NCBI RefSeq assembly: GCF_006345805.1 | Contig: NC_043008.1 | Span: 17,360,001 to 17,424,000 of the forward strand | Direction: 5' to 3' | Source: Octopus sinensis | Lineage: Eukaryota | DNA length: 64,000 nucleotides | In this document: positions 51,430 through 64,000 of the stretch, one piece after another | Position numbering within the stretch: position 1 is the stretch's first letter | Layout of the letters: each line of letters begins with the position of its first letter | The notes under the pieces: model-generated | Databases searched by the model: none | Seen by the model: only the letters and a program-made list of their open reading frames with translations | What the model was told of the DNA's origin: nothing | Made by a program: the position numbers and the translations under genes

Positions 51430-52200
51430 TTATCACGTTAGAATTCATTGTATTACATCTATGGCTTTTATATTCTTTGGAATGGATTTCGCCTTCTGAA
51501 AAGATAAAATTAAAGCATGTTATCGAAAACAAATAGCTTTTTCGGGTACTTTGGATATTTGGGTAAGTAGAAAATTTGTCGCAGTTATTGTGATTCTTCT
51601 TTTATAACTTCGCAAACAAAATAAACTTTTAATAATTTTTTGAGGGTCGGCCAAAAAATACGTTTTCAAGGTTTCGTAAACAAAAGCATATGGCAGTAAA
51701 ACTTCTGAAGAATGGAGAATGCAATTAGAATATACCTCCATAATAAAAACACTAAATTTGTTTCCAATTTTTAATCATCCTTATAGTTTTATTTCTAGAA
51801 ATAGCCCGGAAATTTCGTAGTTTGACAGAAGATACTTCGTCTAAAGAATTTCGACAGGCATTTAAAGAGTATTTGAAATATGATGTGAAAGTGTGTACTG
51901 TTACAAGAATAATAACTATTAAAATGTTCTGCAATTTATCCTGTATTTCTATCGTCATCATTAATAAATTAGAAGATGAATTTGGTTTTAATTTCTATTT
52001 AGAGTTTTTTGTTTGATACTTCACTCATTATATATGATTATATTTGGAAAAAAACTGGATTGTGTAATGCTTTTGTTCAGCATTTCACTTATTTATTCAT
52101 ACGTCGATTGTATGATTCAGTATTTGTTTTTATATATATTCAACTTTTGACTCACTGGAATACCAGTCATCCGCTCTTCAATAAGAGTTAAATCTATTTT
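51430..52200 (+). pseudogene. Decayed hAT (Ac/ZBED-like) transposase remnant
   Basis: FSGTLDIWVS (TTDIWTS-like), ...KEYLKYDVKVCTVT (KV..VTDN-like) and THWNTS (TRWNS-like) occur in the expected order. Confidence 0.5.
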
Positions 52201-52849
52201 TTTCTAAGAAGATAAAACTCCATTTCACAGCCACAATTCTTTTCTATGTTTATATATTCAGCCTAGCCGTGATTGAAGATTTTAGACGATTATTTTATCT
52301 TTGTAATAGTTGAGAAGAAAATCTATGATCTATTTACATTAGCATTATAATTAATTATAATTATAATTATAGCTGAGTCATACTTATTTCAGCGAGTTTC
52401 AGTTGTGTTTGTTCTGAATCATTACAGAGTGATATGTCTTACTTTTAATCAATTTAATAATTTAATAAAACAAGTAAAAAAGAAACAAGCCAAATGAAAC
52501 ATTTAAAAAATAACCCCTTGATGTGAAGGAGACGATCAATAAGAAAAAATGTCGTTGATAAGAATGGTGATTTTTATCAGACAATTCAACTGAAAACTTA
52601 TTTTGTGACGTAGGTTATTGTATATTAGCGTCAAAAAAACACACTGCTATCAATTTCGCTTTGTGCTTTGAAACAAATTGATAACTATTTATACAGCATT
52701 CCTTTTTTCACGGGAAGAACAATTTACACTGCATAGACACAGGTGATGAAGATCTGTACTGCAGATCCTTAAGAATCAATTTTGCTGCATGTAGAAAATA
52801 TAGACCGCCATGTTCTTTCGATGTCTGATTCAGTGTATAGTTAGTATAT

Positions 52850-53560
52850 TCCTCTAAGAATTTGTCCGGTTTATTTCTCACCTTTCGTCGTATTAACACT
52901 TTTTCGCTTTTTAGGCACAGTAATTGCTATTGCTGTATTATCTCAGTTTGTTCCTCATTGTCGCAATCTGATTGGATGACGATACGGAGAAAGGTTTCAA
53001 GGTCATCTGGTCCAGGAACTGAGATTGAGGAGCATTTTCGCATATTCTGAGATCTACAATCAATCACAAACTAGAGACAGTCGTCTCTAGCGTCTGATAT
53101 TATTATTACTCCCGTTTTTACAGATATTCTGAGGAGAAAGTTCTCATGTATTTCTTTCAGCACATACATAGCAACTGGGTTTTCTGCCTTGCTATATCAG
53201 TCTAAATCTAGCCTTTCTTTGTTAATAATGGCAAACAGATACAGAATAGGCCTGTGGTTTTCGTCAGCATCAGGAGTTGTATTTCAGTGTAGAAATTATA
53301 TGCATATCACTTTTCAATTAATTTTCACACTCAGTACATGCCAAGTTTGTGCAGTAAGTATCTGCAGCACCTCAAATGTATCCTGCCATAATATTCGCAT
53401 TCCGTCTCCCCATATACTGAGGCAACATCAAGTAGACTTACAGATGTGGGAGTAACTACACCTTTATTTCTTCTGATCCTCGAGCTTAGGCAAAGAACAC
53501 CTTTGATGGAAATTAGATCTTAGTACACATCGACCAGTACTTCATCCAACAGTTCTATGT
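52850..53560 (-). pseudogene. Possible Tx1-like ORF1 (gag-like) remnant
   Basis: PQYMGRRNANI...GRKPSCYVCAE resembles the zinc-knuckle region of Tx1-type ORF1; many stops. Confidence 0.4.
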
Positions 53561-54279
53561 GCGCATATTAAAGCCCTCTTCTTTTGATAATGCAGAAGGC
53601 AGTTTCACCTTTTGTTCTTATTTTTCAAATTATTTGTCAGAAAAAATGCTCTGCTCTTTACAACGTACCTCACCCACGGCCCTTACTTTTTTCCTGGTGT
53701 CTACCTACGCACATTCTTTATTTCTGGTTATTTAGTTATGGTTACTTGTTTGTGTCAATGTGCAAATGTTTGTTTTGGTATGATGTTTGTGTAGTAGCTA
53801 CTTTTGATGTTTCTGTTTAAATTTTATAAGCCGTAATTTTCTTTTGATTGCATGAATGTTGTTTCAGCTTTCACGAGAAACCTCTTCGAATAATATTTCA
53901 ATAAATGGCACATTTACAAATATTTGCTGAAAATTAGTTGACTGCAAACATATTCAATATATAAATTCATTTTCTTGCTGAAAAAGTTTACGCAAAAACG
54001 CAAAATAAAATGAATCTACTCTGAAAACTAAAACAATCTTTTTTAGAAACACATGGACAGGATACATCTAGTTCCGACAAATTAATCAGTATATGAGAGA
54101 CATGAGTTGACACTGAAACTCTAGTGAGAAGAGCGTAAATGAGGCGGGACCTTTAAGGAAAGGCCTCTCGCTCGGTAGTAGTTGAGTACAGTTGTAGACA
54201 AACCTTAGTTGTTATTCTAAGACAGCATCAGTACATACCAAAGTAATGAGAAGGTATAGCACTACAAATCAGGAAGGTA

Positions 54280-57190
54280 AAAGGTGATACCAGCAGTTTA
54301 GAGGAGGAAGATCAGAAGATTTTAGATGAGTTGAAAGAAGTAATGTGTAACGAAGAAAGAAATTGTTAACAGCATCAAAGGGTGACAATAGAAGGAAATT
54401 GCTAGACATTACAAGGGGAGAAGATTTTGTTATCAGTGGGATAGATGCTAAAAATATAAATGAAACTAGATTATTACTTTCAGTAGAGGTAGTAGTTAGT
54501 AGCAGACATTAATTCACCAAGGAAATAATAGGAAGGAACAGATGTAGAAAATGAAAGTAGAAAATAAAGTGAAGACTTTAAGCCAATATCTGAATGTAAT
54601 GGAAATCTGGAAACAGAACAAGTTAGAAAACATAGGATTTAAATCTACTCTTAAGAAAACAATTCTTAATTAAAGAGAAAGGATTTGGAATACTCATGGA
54701 AGAGCTGAAACATCGCATTATAGTAATAGCAGGCAAGCTTTCCAGCTATCAGAAATGAATAGATCAGTATCAACAGACGATATTGTTTGAGACACACCAG
54801 AGGAGACTTTATCACCAAATAAATAATGTATAAGAAACTACTAAAGATGAGAAGCGTAATGCAAAAATAAGCTAGGATATTTCTGTGGTGATAATCCGGT
54901 TAATCATAAAGGAGATTCAGCATGGTTAAAAAAAGTGAGTTAAGAAGTAGTTAGTGAAAAGCACCCAGATCTACAACCAAGTAGTGCATTGAGGAGTAGT
55001 ATTAGAAAGGATGCCGAATCGTAAGGGCCCAGAAACAGATTCGGTGTAAGGGTACTGGTTAAGCAAATTTAGTAGCTTGCATGGACGACTGAGGGAACAA
55101 CTTCGGGATTATTTGAATCGAGGTGTCGTACCTAATTGGATGACTAGAGGGAGAAGGGTACTATTTATGAAAGACAAAATCAAGAGCAATATAGCTAGTA
55201 ATTATCGACCAATTACTTGTTTACAATTAGTGTGAAAGCTGTTAACAGGAATGCTCTCAGGAAACATTTATAAGCACCTTGGCAGCCAGAAGGTATTGCC
55301 AGAATAACAGAAAGGTTGCAGGAAAAAGACTAGAAGAATGTATGATCTATTATATATTGATCATAGAATATATAATATTCAGCAGTTCTAAAAGTAGTGA
55401 AATCTAGAAAGAAAAATCTAACAATGGCGTGGTAGATTAAAAGAAAACTCTGACATGATTCCACATCCATGGATAGGTGAATGCTTGGGAATATTCCGTA
55501 TTGCAGACAACGTAAGAGAATTAATTACTTATAGCATGAAGAAATAGAAAGTAGATGTTTACTAAGGTGATCCAGACATAGGGAAAGTTAGTATCAAGAG
55601 ATGAGTTCGCCAGGGAAACTCGTTATCCCCTTTATTATCTGTGTTATGCTTAATCTCACTCAGTTTAGTTTTTAGGAATGTAAATGCAGGGTAGAAGTTT
55701 AAAGATTGTGGCGGAAAATTAAGCATTTGCTCTACACCGATGATCGGAAACTTTTTGTAAGAAGAAGAAAAAAATTGGTAGATGCTTTAATACAGACCGT
55801 AAGACTTCAGCAAATATGTATTGCGAAGTATTGGTCATAAAAAAGTGACAGATAGTCAGCAGAGAGGGCATTCAATTACCAGATCACCAGACATTGAAAT
55901 CACTGAAAGAAGGAGTAAGTTATAAGTATCTAGAAATATTAGAATCTGACAGAGTACTATCTATAGAAAATTGAGGAGTACATCAGGAGGGAGAGGAAGT
56001 TAATGAAGTCAAAGCTAAACTGTTAGAATCTAGTAAAGGCTGTAAATACTTGAGCAGTATCGTTACTCATAGTATCAGCAGCTTTTGTAGACTGGACAAA
56101 ATCTAAATTAGCTAAACTAGACAGAAGAACTAGGAAAGAGTTCAATATAAATGAAGAATTTCATAAAAAGTGCAGGAGTAGCAAGAAGGTATTTACCTAC
56201 AAAGAAGGTGGTAGAGGTTTAATATCAGTAGAAAAGCATGTCTAGTTAGCTAGATTTGATATAGCCTCCTTTATAGGTAATAGTGAGGAAATTTAATGAA
56301 GAGCCTCTAGCGTAACAGTAGCAGATAGGGAAACCATGAAGGCAATTGTAGTTAAAAAGCAGAAAAAAAAACAAGATTATCTGACTGGCAAGTGATGACT
56401 TTGCATGGTAGATTTCCAAAGAAAGTGGCAGAAAATAGAAACAATGAAACATGGTTACAGTTGCAGGAATGAAGGCTGGAAAAGGAGAGAAAAAGTTTGT
56501 TAGTAGCAGCACATGATTAGATAGTAAGGAGTACCTGGATAATACTCAAGATAGACAAAATCCAGGTAGATTCCCATTGTAGGTTATGTAAATGAAAGGA
56601 GGAATGTGTTACTCATATACTTAATGAATGTAGTGTGCAGGCACAGAAAGAATGCAAGAAAAGATATGTCAACCTAGGGAAAATAATCCATTAGGAGTTA
56701 TGTAGAAATCTCAGATTTGAACATACTGATAAGAGGCATGAACATGAACCTTGTAAATTGCTAGAAAGTAAGGAAGATAAGATATTTGGGGGTTTTAACA
56801 GTCAAACTGACAGAGTAATAAAACCTAGAAGGCTTGATTTGAAAGTAGTAGTTGTAGACAAATAGAACAAAATGTGCCATGTAATTGAGTTGACAGTCCC
56901 AAATGACGAGAAAGTCAATATAAGAGGTACAGAAAAGACAGGAGATTACAAGGACTTAACCATTGAAGTACAGATACTATGGAAATTTCGGGTAAAATGT
57001 ATCCCAGTAGTTATAGGTGCATTACGAACTATTTCTAAAGATTTGAACAGATGAATATGGGAAATATATAAAGCCTAGTTTAGTGCAGCTTAAGTAAAAA
57101 AGATGAAGGTCCTTGGCAGTTAATGTTACGTTTTGTTACCCGATATTAGGAATTTTTCAACAGTCTATTCTGTTGTGCGTAAATGAGATA
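54280..57190 (+). mobile_element. Near full-length, heavily decayed R4/Dong-like non-LTR retrotransposon (RT, CCHC, RLE)
   Basis: ELKHRI...QYQQ, NYRPITCL, QKGCRK, QGNSLSPLL, HLLYTDD, YKYLEILE, KEGGRGLISVE, CRLC..EECVTHILNEC, RRLD...VIELTVPND...IPVVIGAL; 3' end runs into taataatgatgatg. Confidence 0.95.
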
Positions 57191-57409
57191 ATAATGATGA
57201 TGATGATGATGATGACAACGACGACGAGGGGGAGCAGGAAGTGGAAGATTGTTCCTGTTTCTTTGCATCGAGAGAATATTTGGATAAGGAGAGTCTACCA
57301 ATACATGGTACCAATGAACAAATAAATGTATGCAGCCCTTTAGCTATATCATGTTTTATAATGAATCCTATATATAACAGACAGATGGAAATATCTCCTC
57401 TCTATATAC

Positions 57410-57620
57410 AGTTAGTTAGTTAGTAAGTAATTTTTTTGGCTCAGAAAGCAAAAAACAAGACCATGTAGGGGAACATGGAGTTATGTACAGGGTGGTGTTC
57501 ATGTAAAGAGTTCAGGCCACTTCAGGTCAAAGGAGACTTTGAACCGAGCGGTCGTCGGCATCTTCACCATCTCGTCTGGCAGCTTATTCCACGGATCCGC
57601 AACCCGGACAGAGAAATAGT
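57410..57620 (-). mobile_element. CR1/L2-type LINE 3' end
   Basis: FSVRVADPWNKLPDEMV (FS.RVV..WN.LP motif), short UTR and (taac)n tail. Confidence 0.75.
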
Positions 57621-59010
57621 GGAGAAATTAGAGACATTAACTGGTGTGCTTTCAGTCCTGTAATGGTATTTCCTCAGATGTTGTGTAGACGCTTTATGCT
57701 TCTTCATAAAGACGCTGCTTATAATCGTAATATTATGATTTACTTACGTATATCATAAGGTTGATATGAATGTTTAACACATTTTTGCAGCTAACTCATT
57801 TTCTTAACTGCATGAGTATTAATCCTGTTTTTCTCTTTCCAGTTCTATAACTACTGAAGAATATATTCATAAATGTTAACTACTATTGCTTGGAGTAAAC
57901 AATGGTAAACTCCTCATCTTTACATACTAAAACGAAGGAAGCAATAACAGTCGCACTAAATTAAATCCCGTATTGGGAATAGTAGTTAAAATATATGTAT
58001 ATATTCTCTAGTATATACAGTCCATCAATATATTGTACATAAAGACACATTTATATAAATATATTACATAGTGTTGGCTAAAACCTATAGCTATACTCTT
58101 TAGCACAGTATGGAAGTGAAACAAACATTATTAATATAGTAGTAAATTATTAACCATGCGAATTGTCAAAATTATGTCATATTTGAATTTATTCATTCGA
58201 GTTACTTACGCCTGTAAGTAATAATAGTTATTATAAGCTGTGTATCAGTGGACTTTTCAGGAGATACTCAATTGCGAATGAAAACTTAAAAGAGGATTGA
58301 TTAATATCCCAGCTTTCTGTTCACAGATGTATATTATGTAAAGACATTTTAGATCTCTGCAAACAAGAGCCAGCATTTCCGTTGTTTAAGTACATTGATC
58401 CAGTTGTCACTTTGACCATAAAGACGCAACCAAGGCAAAACAACGGTGCCTCGAACACACAGAGTCTGAGAGAAGTTGTTTTCCAACGATGAAATATAAC
58501 GATAGTTTGCATATTGAGCTTCAGATATTAACAACGAAGTCTTAAATCATTATTTTGTCTCCCGTTCTTCTTCGTGAAAACTGTAATTTATTATCCAGAC
58601 ACTGTTTTACATTTAACTATGCTTTATTATTTAAGGTTTCACAAAAAAGAACATTGTTCCCCTCCTCCATTCAAATTCTCCTTCGCAATTTGCTTCGTTT
58701 AGCTATGTGTATTTTGCATATTTTCGTTACGAAGTATGTGTTGATATTTCTTTACCCTATTTGAAAGTAATGAGAGCCCGAAACTGAATCATATTTAGTA
58801 TATAACTTTAGGCTATCCATGAAGAAGAGATGGTTGATGAGCCTACTTAACCCTTCATGAAAAGTAAGAAATTGGGGGTCAAAGAAAACAACGGAGAACT
58901 ATATTTGCTATCGATAGAGAGCACCGATAGATTTTACAGTGATAAATAGTCAACCAGATAACATAGTCCATCCCAGATCAGACAAAATTAAGTGTACTTA
59001 TATAGTTGGT

Positions 59011-59298
59011 GGAGGCGCAATGGCCCAGTGGTTAGAGCAGTGGACTCGCGGTCGGAGGATCGCGGTTACGATTCCCAGACCGGGCGTTGTGTGTCTTTAT
59101 TGAGCGAAAACACCTAAAGCTCCACGAATCTCCGGCAGGGGATGGTGGTGACCCCTGTTGTTCTCTTTATTCCTGTTTCTTAGGTAGCGCTGCGATGGAC
59201 TGGTGTCCCGTCCAGCTGGGGTGGGGAGCGCGTATATGCCACAGAAACCGGGAAACCGGGCCTATGGGCCTGGCTAGGCTTGAAAAGGGCGCAAAAAA
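59011..59298 (+). mobile_element. SINE with a family-C head and a different 3' tail
   Basis: First ~150 bp match 13441; then gcgatggactggtgtcccgtccag...gccacagaaaccgggaaaccgg...gaaaagggcgcaaaaaaa. Confidence 0.88.
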
Positions 59299-59306
59299 AG
59301 AAATAT

Positions 59307-59340
<34 letters not shown>

Positions 59341-59667
59341 GGTAGTACCAATTATGTATAATTTTGAATCTGATGGAAGGTGAAATGCTGTTCAATGAAA
59401 ACTTCATTGATATTTAAAATTATATCCGTACATCTATTTTTAATTACTGCAAATGAAATGACACAAAACAGCTTCTGTAACGAAAGTAACACTTTAATTA
59501 TGAAGACATAGACACGTTGAACAGAATTAATTCTATTGCGTCTCAAAATATTGGGTTAGACATTTAGAATGTGTTAACGTTGAATATGCTTATGCGTATT
59601 TTCCATTGTGTACCAAAGCGTTAACACATTAAAGACCAAATGATATTTAACTCTTTAATACTTTTAA

Positions 59668-59974
59668 TCTTTTACTCTTTTACTTGTTTCAGTCATTTGA
59701 CTGTGGCCATGCTGGAGCACCGCCTTTAGTGGAGCAAATCGACCCCAGGACTTATTCTTTGTAAGCCTAGTACTTATTCTATCGGTGTATTTTGCCGAAC
59801 CGCAAAGTTACGGTGACGTAAACACCAGTAACGGTTGAGATGACAAACACAGACACACAAACACACACACACACACACACATACATACATACATACATAC
59901 ATACATGCATGCATACATGCATATATACATGCATACATACATACATGCATACATACATACATACATACATACAT

Positions 59975-60068
<94 letters not shown>

Positions 60069-60231
60069 GACGGGCTTCTTTCAGTTTACGTCTACCAAAT
60101 CCACTCACAAGGCTTTGGTCGACCCGAGGCTATAGTAGAAGACACTTGCCCAAGGTGCAACGCAGTGGGACTGAACACGGAACAATGTGATTGATAAACA
60201 AGCTCCTTACCACTCAACCACTCCTACGCCT
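59668..60231 (-). mobile_element. SINE family A, full length with expanded internal microsatellite
   Basis: Complete head, core and tail. Confidence 0.93.
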
Positions 60232-61353
60232 GTGAATTTAAATTTCATGGTTAAATAATGATGTTGAATATCTGCAAATATACGACAACTCGAGAAAAAT
60301 AGATTAATATTCGAGATAGATGGTATATAAAACTGCTTCCCGCAGTTAAGGACCAGGTGGATATATCTACTTTCCTCAGTTTTGAGTGGATATATCTATT
60401 TCCAAAGGAAATAGAGTTAACTTCTGCACAACACAACAAATAATATACGTCTGCAGAAGTTAAAATTAATTCCAGGCACCAAATTTTATCGATAGCTCCA
60501 CAGAAAGATGTAAATTACAGTTGCCCTAGTGAGGTTGAAAATTACAACGCGAAAGGATGTAACTAAATAATGATATACCTGTTGTCTTCAGCGATGTTTA
60601 CTCATCACTCCCGTGTAAATGTACCAAAAAAGTACAGTACTCTATATAACGATTTCTAACATTGACTGAAGGCTACAAAATATGTGGGAAATAATATATG
60701 TTGATTTAAATGTTCTGTCTGTAGATTATATACGAATGACATTATTAATAATGTCTCTCAAACAACAAACACCGTAAATTATGAAAATATCAGTACAAAA
60801 TATGGTCTCTTTTAATGTGTAATTTATTTTTAGTCTACATCTGTCTAGAAGTACGAAGCATTGATGTCATTACTTTAGCAACTTGTCTTGTAGTTTCTTA
60901 TTTATCATTCTTAAAAATTTACGTATGCATATATTTCAGATATTTATCATAATTACCTATAATTAAAAAATGAAATGTAAGATTCTGTTCTTCTTATATC
61001 CTGAGGACAATGTATTTAACTTCGGCGTCAAGTCTGTTGAAATGAAATGATATATGTGACAAACACAACAATTCGCTTAGTTTATATTATTTTCAGCTGA
61101 CTTGAATGATCTATCATTTTTTCCACCTGCTACCTATGCGGTTTTGCTGTTATTAAAATGTCTGCTGTTATAAGAACGTAGTCTGAAGTTAGTTATGTAG
61201 TGTTAAGTTAGTTATGTCAAATGCCAGATACCCAGACACCATACACCATACACAAATACACATCCGCCCATAAACACGTACATATATATTCAGATAATGT
61301 GGCTATCACTGTCTTTCATTGGACAAACTACACGTTTTCAAGCACTCACAGAA

Positions 61354-61456
<103 letters not shown>

Positions 61457-61536
61457 GAGGCAGGCACATGAAAATGAATATATATAAATTCATATATATT
61501 TATATATATGAATATATAGACATGAATATATGAACA

Positions 61537-61588
<52 letters not shown>

Positions 61589-61658
61589 TATATGTATATA
61601 TACTTACATCTCCGTGTGTGCATGCGTGTATATACACAATATATATTATATATATATA

Positions 61659-61690
<32 letters not shown>

Positions 61691-62023
61691 GGGGGGGAAA
61701 GAAAAAGGAATACTTCATTCTAAAAAGAACAGTAGATCTTTATATTCGCTGAGATGCTACAATTCAAATACCTGACAAATAGAGTCATCTATACGTAGGT
61801 CAGAATCCACAAATATATTGTCACCTGTAAAACTGCTTTTTTCTATATATTTTTTTTCAAGCCATAACTAGATTCGCAAATTTTTCACAAATTTACTGTA
61901 AGTCATATGATGTGTTCTCATGAGCATACACTACACAACATGTCTGACCTTGTAATCTCACTGACGACGAGACATGTACGACCACAACGATCGCTGGCCA
62001 AATGAATCCAGTCCACTACATAT

Positions 62024-62067
<44 letters not shown>

Positions 62068-62149
62068 ACAGTATTTTTTTTTCATTTCAACTAGTTTCAG
62101 CTCACGAGCTGTGGCCATGCTGGGGTAACGCCATTCTTTCATTTTTCTT

Positions 62150-62503
62150 TAAGTCGATTACATCAACCCCAGTGCGTAAATGGTGCTTATTTAATCGACC
62201 CCGACAGAATGAAGGGCAAAGTTGACCTCGGCGGAATTTGAACTCAGAACGTAACTGCAGACGAAATGCCTATTTCTTTACTGCCCACAAGGGGCTAAAC
62301 ACAGAGAGGAGAAACAAGGACAGACAAACGGATTAAGTCGATTATATCGACCCCAGTGCATAACTGGTACTTATTTAATCGACCTCGAAAGAATGAAAGG
62401 CAAAGTTGACCTCGGTGGAATTTGAACTCAGAACGTAACGGCAGACGAAATAACGCTAAGCATTTCGCCCGGCGTGCTAACGATTCTGCCAGCTCGCCGC
62501 CTT
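62150..62503 (-). mobile_element. SINE family B dimer
   Basis: Junction at 62269/62270 (minus strand: aaagaaatag|gcatttcgtc). Confidence 0.9.
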
Positions 62504-62873
62504 ATCGTTCAGCTTGCTTAAATTCGTTATGGGAAATGAGCTTCTTAAAACAATACAAAACATAAAAAGATATCCGCTTTCGCTATTGGTGACGGTCAAG
62601 TATATCTGCTTCCTAGATTAACTCACTAATGCTGGACGTGTTCAGAAACAATGTGTATATGTGTGTACGAGCAGGGGAATTATTCAGACAAACCGTACAC
62701 TTTCTCTGTATATTTTATCATATCAAATTCTCTTTTTTTTTTTTTTTTGGTGACATCACTTTATGCGTAGTTGCACTCTGCACCGTTCCTTGCAAAGGAT
62801 CTTCTGATAGCACTGGACAAAAAAGATTTTGCTATTGGAGTAAAAACATGTGTCTTAGACTAAATCGACGATG

Positions 62874-62941
62874 GGATCTTCAGGAGAGAATGTGCGTTCT
62901 GAGGTAGGCACCAAAACGACACGGATTCTCTCCTGAAGACC
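62874..62941. ncRNA. Isolated ~68-nt hairpin with pre-miRNA-like geometry (candidate only)
   Basis: 15-bp perfect stem tcttcaggagagaat (62877-62891) / attctctcctgaaga (62925-62939) plus a bulged upper stem. Confidence 0.3.
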
Positions 62942-63054
62942 TCATATACTAGCTGTCTTCCGGTATGCGGAGTTCTCCACAGGAAGCACTTGCATGTGCA
63001 AGTTGTTTGCAAGACATTTGATGGAAAGAAACCAAAGGTGACAGTGTAAACCTT

Positions 63055-63281
63055 AATACCGGTTTCAAATTTAGGAACAGCATCAAGGCCAGCAATTTCG
63101 GGGACCAGTCGATTAAATCGACTCCAGAACTCAACTGGTACTTAACATATCAATTCCACTCCCCAAAATGGTGCGGGAGCAAAGTCGACCTCGGTGGAAT
63201 TTGAACTCAGAACGGAAGGACGTACGAAATGCCGCTAAGCATTTCACCCGGCGTGCTAACGATTCTGTCAGCTTGCCACCT
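63055..63281 (-). mobile_element. SINE family B monomer (B2-type tail)
   Basis: caaagtcgacctcgg.ggaatttgaactcagaacg...cgtgctaacgattctg.cagc. Confidence 0.87.
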
Positions 63282-63378
63282 AGTGTGTAAACGCTAAAAT
63301 ATACGACTTGTATTCTTTCCTGTTTATGTACGTGCTGAAGAACCATTATGTTCTCTCTTTCATATCTTATACGTTTCG

Positions 63379-63424
<46 letters not shown>

Positions 63425-63426
<2 letters not shown>

Positions 63427-63662
63427 ATAAATTTCTCCATATGATTTTTAATATGCCTTTCTAATTATTCTCTTTAGCTACTCTATTAAAATTTCCATAG
63501 GCGTAGGAGTGGCCGTGTGGTAAATAGCTTGCTTACGAACCACATGGTTCCGGGTTCAGTCTCACTGCGTGCCACCTTGGACAAGTGTCTTCTACTATAG
63601 CCTCTGGCCGACGAAATCCTTGTGAGTGGATTTGTTAGACGGAAACTGAAAGAAGCCTGTCG

Positions 63663-63737
<75 letters not shown>

Positions 63738-64000
63738 ATAATTTCTCCATATGATTTTTAATATGCCTTTCTAATTATTCTCTTTAGCTACTCTATTAAA
63801 ATTTCCATAGGCGTAGGAGTGGCCGTGTGGTAAATAGCTTGCTTACGAACCACATGGTTCCGGGTTCAGTCTCACTGCGTGCCACCTTGGACAAGTGTCT
63901 TCTACTATAGCCTCTGGCCGACGAAATCCTTGTGAGTGGATTTGTTAGACGGAAACTGAAAGAAGCCTGTCGTATATATGTATATGTATATATATATATA
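63425..64000 (+). repeat. ~310-bp near-identical tandem duplication, each unit with a SINE-A head (63499, 63809)
   Basis: atttctccatatgatttt...aggcgtaggagtggcc...gaagcctgtcgtatat occurs twice, bounded by (TA)n(CA)n. Confidence 0.92.

Noticed and set aside
51720-52000. Minus-strand peptide vaguely like a Polinton packaging ATPase
   Set aside because: Motif spacing and order are wrong; the plus-strand hAT motifs explain the region better.
54280-57190. Directed G-to-A hypermutation (several TGG to TGA/TAG stops)
   Set aside because: Other stop types and indels are just as common; consistent with neutral decay.
58327-58490. Open frame after a good acceptor (CILCKDILDLCKQEPAFPLFKYID...)
   Set aside because: No good donor and no recognisable homology; insufficient support.

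Overview
AT-rich animal genomic DNA saturated with microsatellites and transposon relics. The SINE repertoire (tRNA-like heads, internal (TA)n/(TG)n tracts) looks like an octopod genome; this is inferred from the repeats only. I cannot support any intact host gene, real tRNA/rRNA gene or CRISPR array, so the window reads as intronic or intergenic. Nearly all listed ORFs are microsatellite artefacts or TE fragments. Supported content: three tRNA-derived SINE families (A, B, C; more than 30 copies); several decayed R4/Dong-like RLE-type LINEs, one nearly full length at ~54.3-57.2 kb; Tx1/L1-, RTE- and CR1-like fragments; mariner, Tc1, Chapaev3-like and hAT-like transposase remnants; several MITEs; a Helentron-type element; and a 100-N gap with a probable false duplication. 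The most interesting signals are (1) SINE-B multimers that always join at one fixed junction, suggesting self-targeting; (2) a minimal hammerhead-ribozyme motif in a (TA)n-associated element nested in SINE-A; (3) a composite mariner carrying ~260 bp of flanking DNA; (4) a set of retroelements, including a non-coding 565-bp element, sitting in (TAA)n with one polarity; and (5) a pre-miRNA-like hairpin. All alignments and identities were judged by eye.
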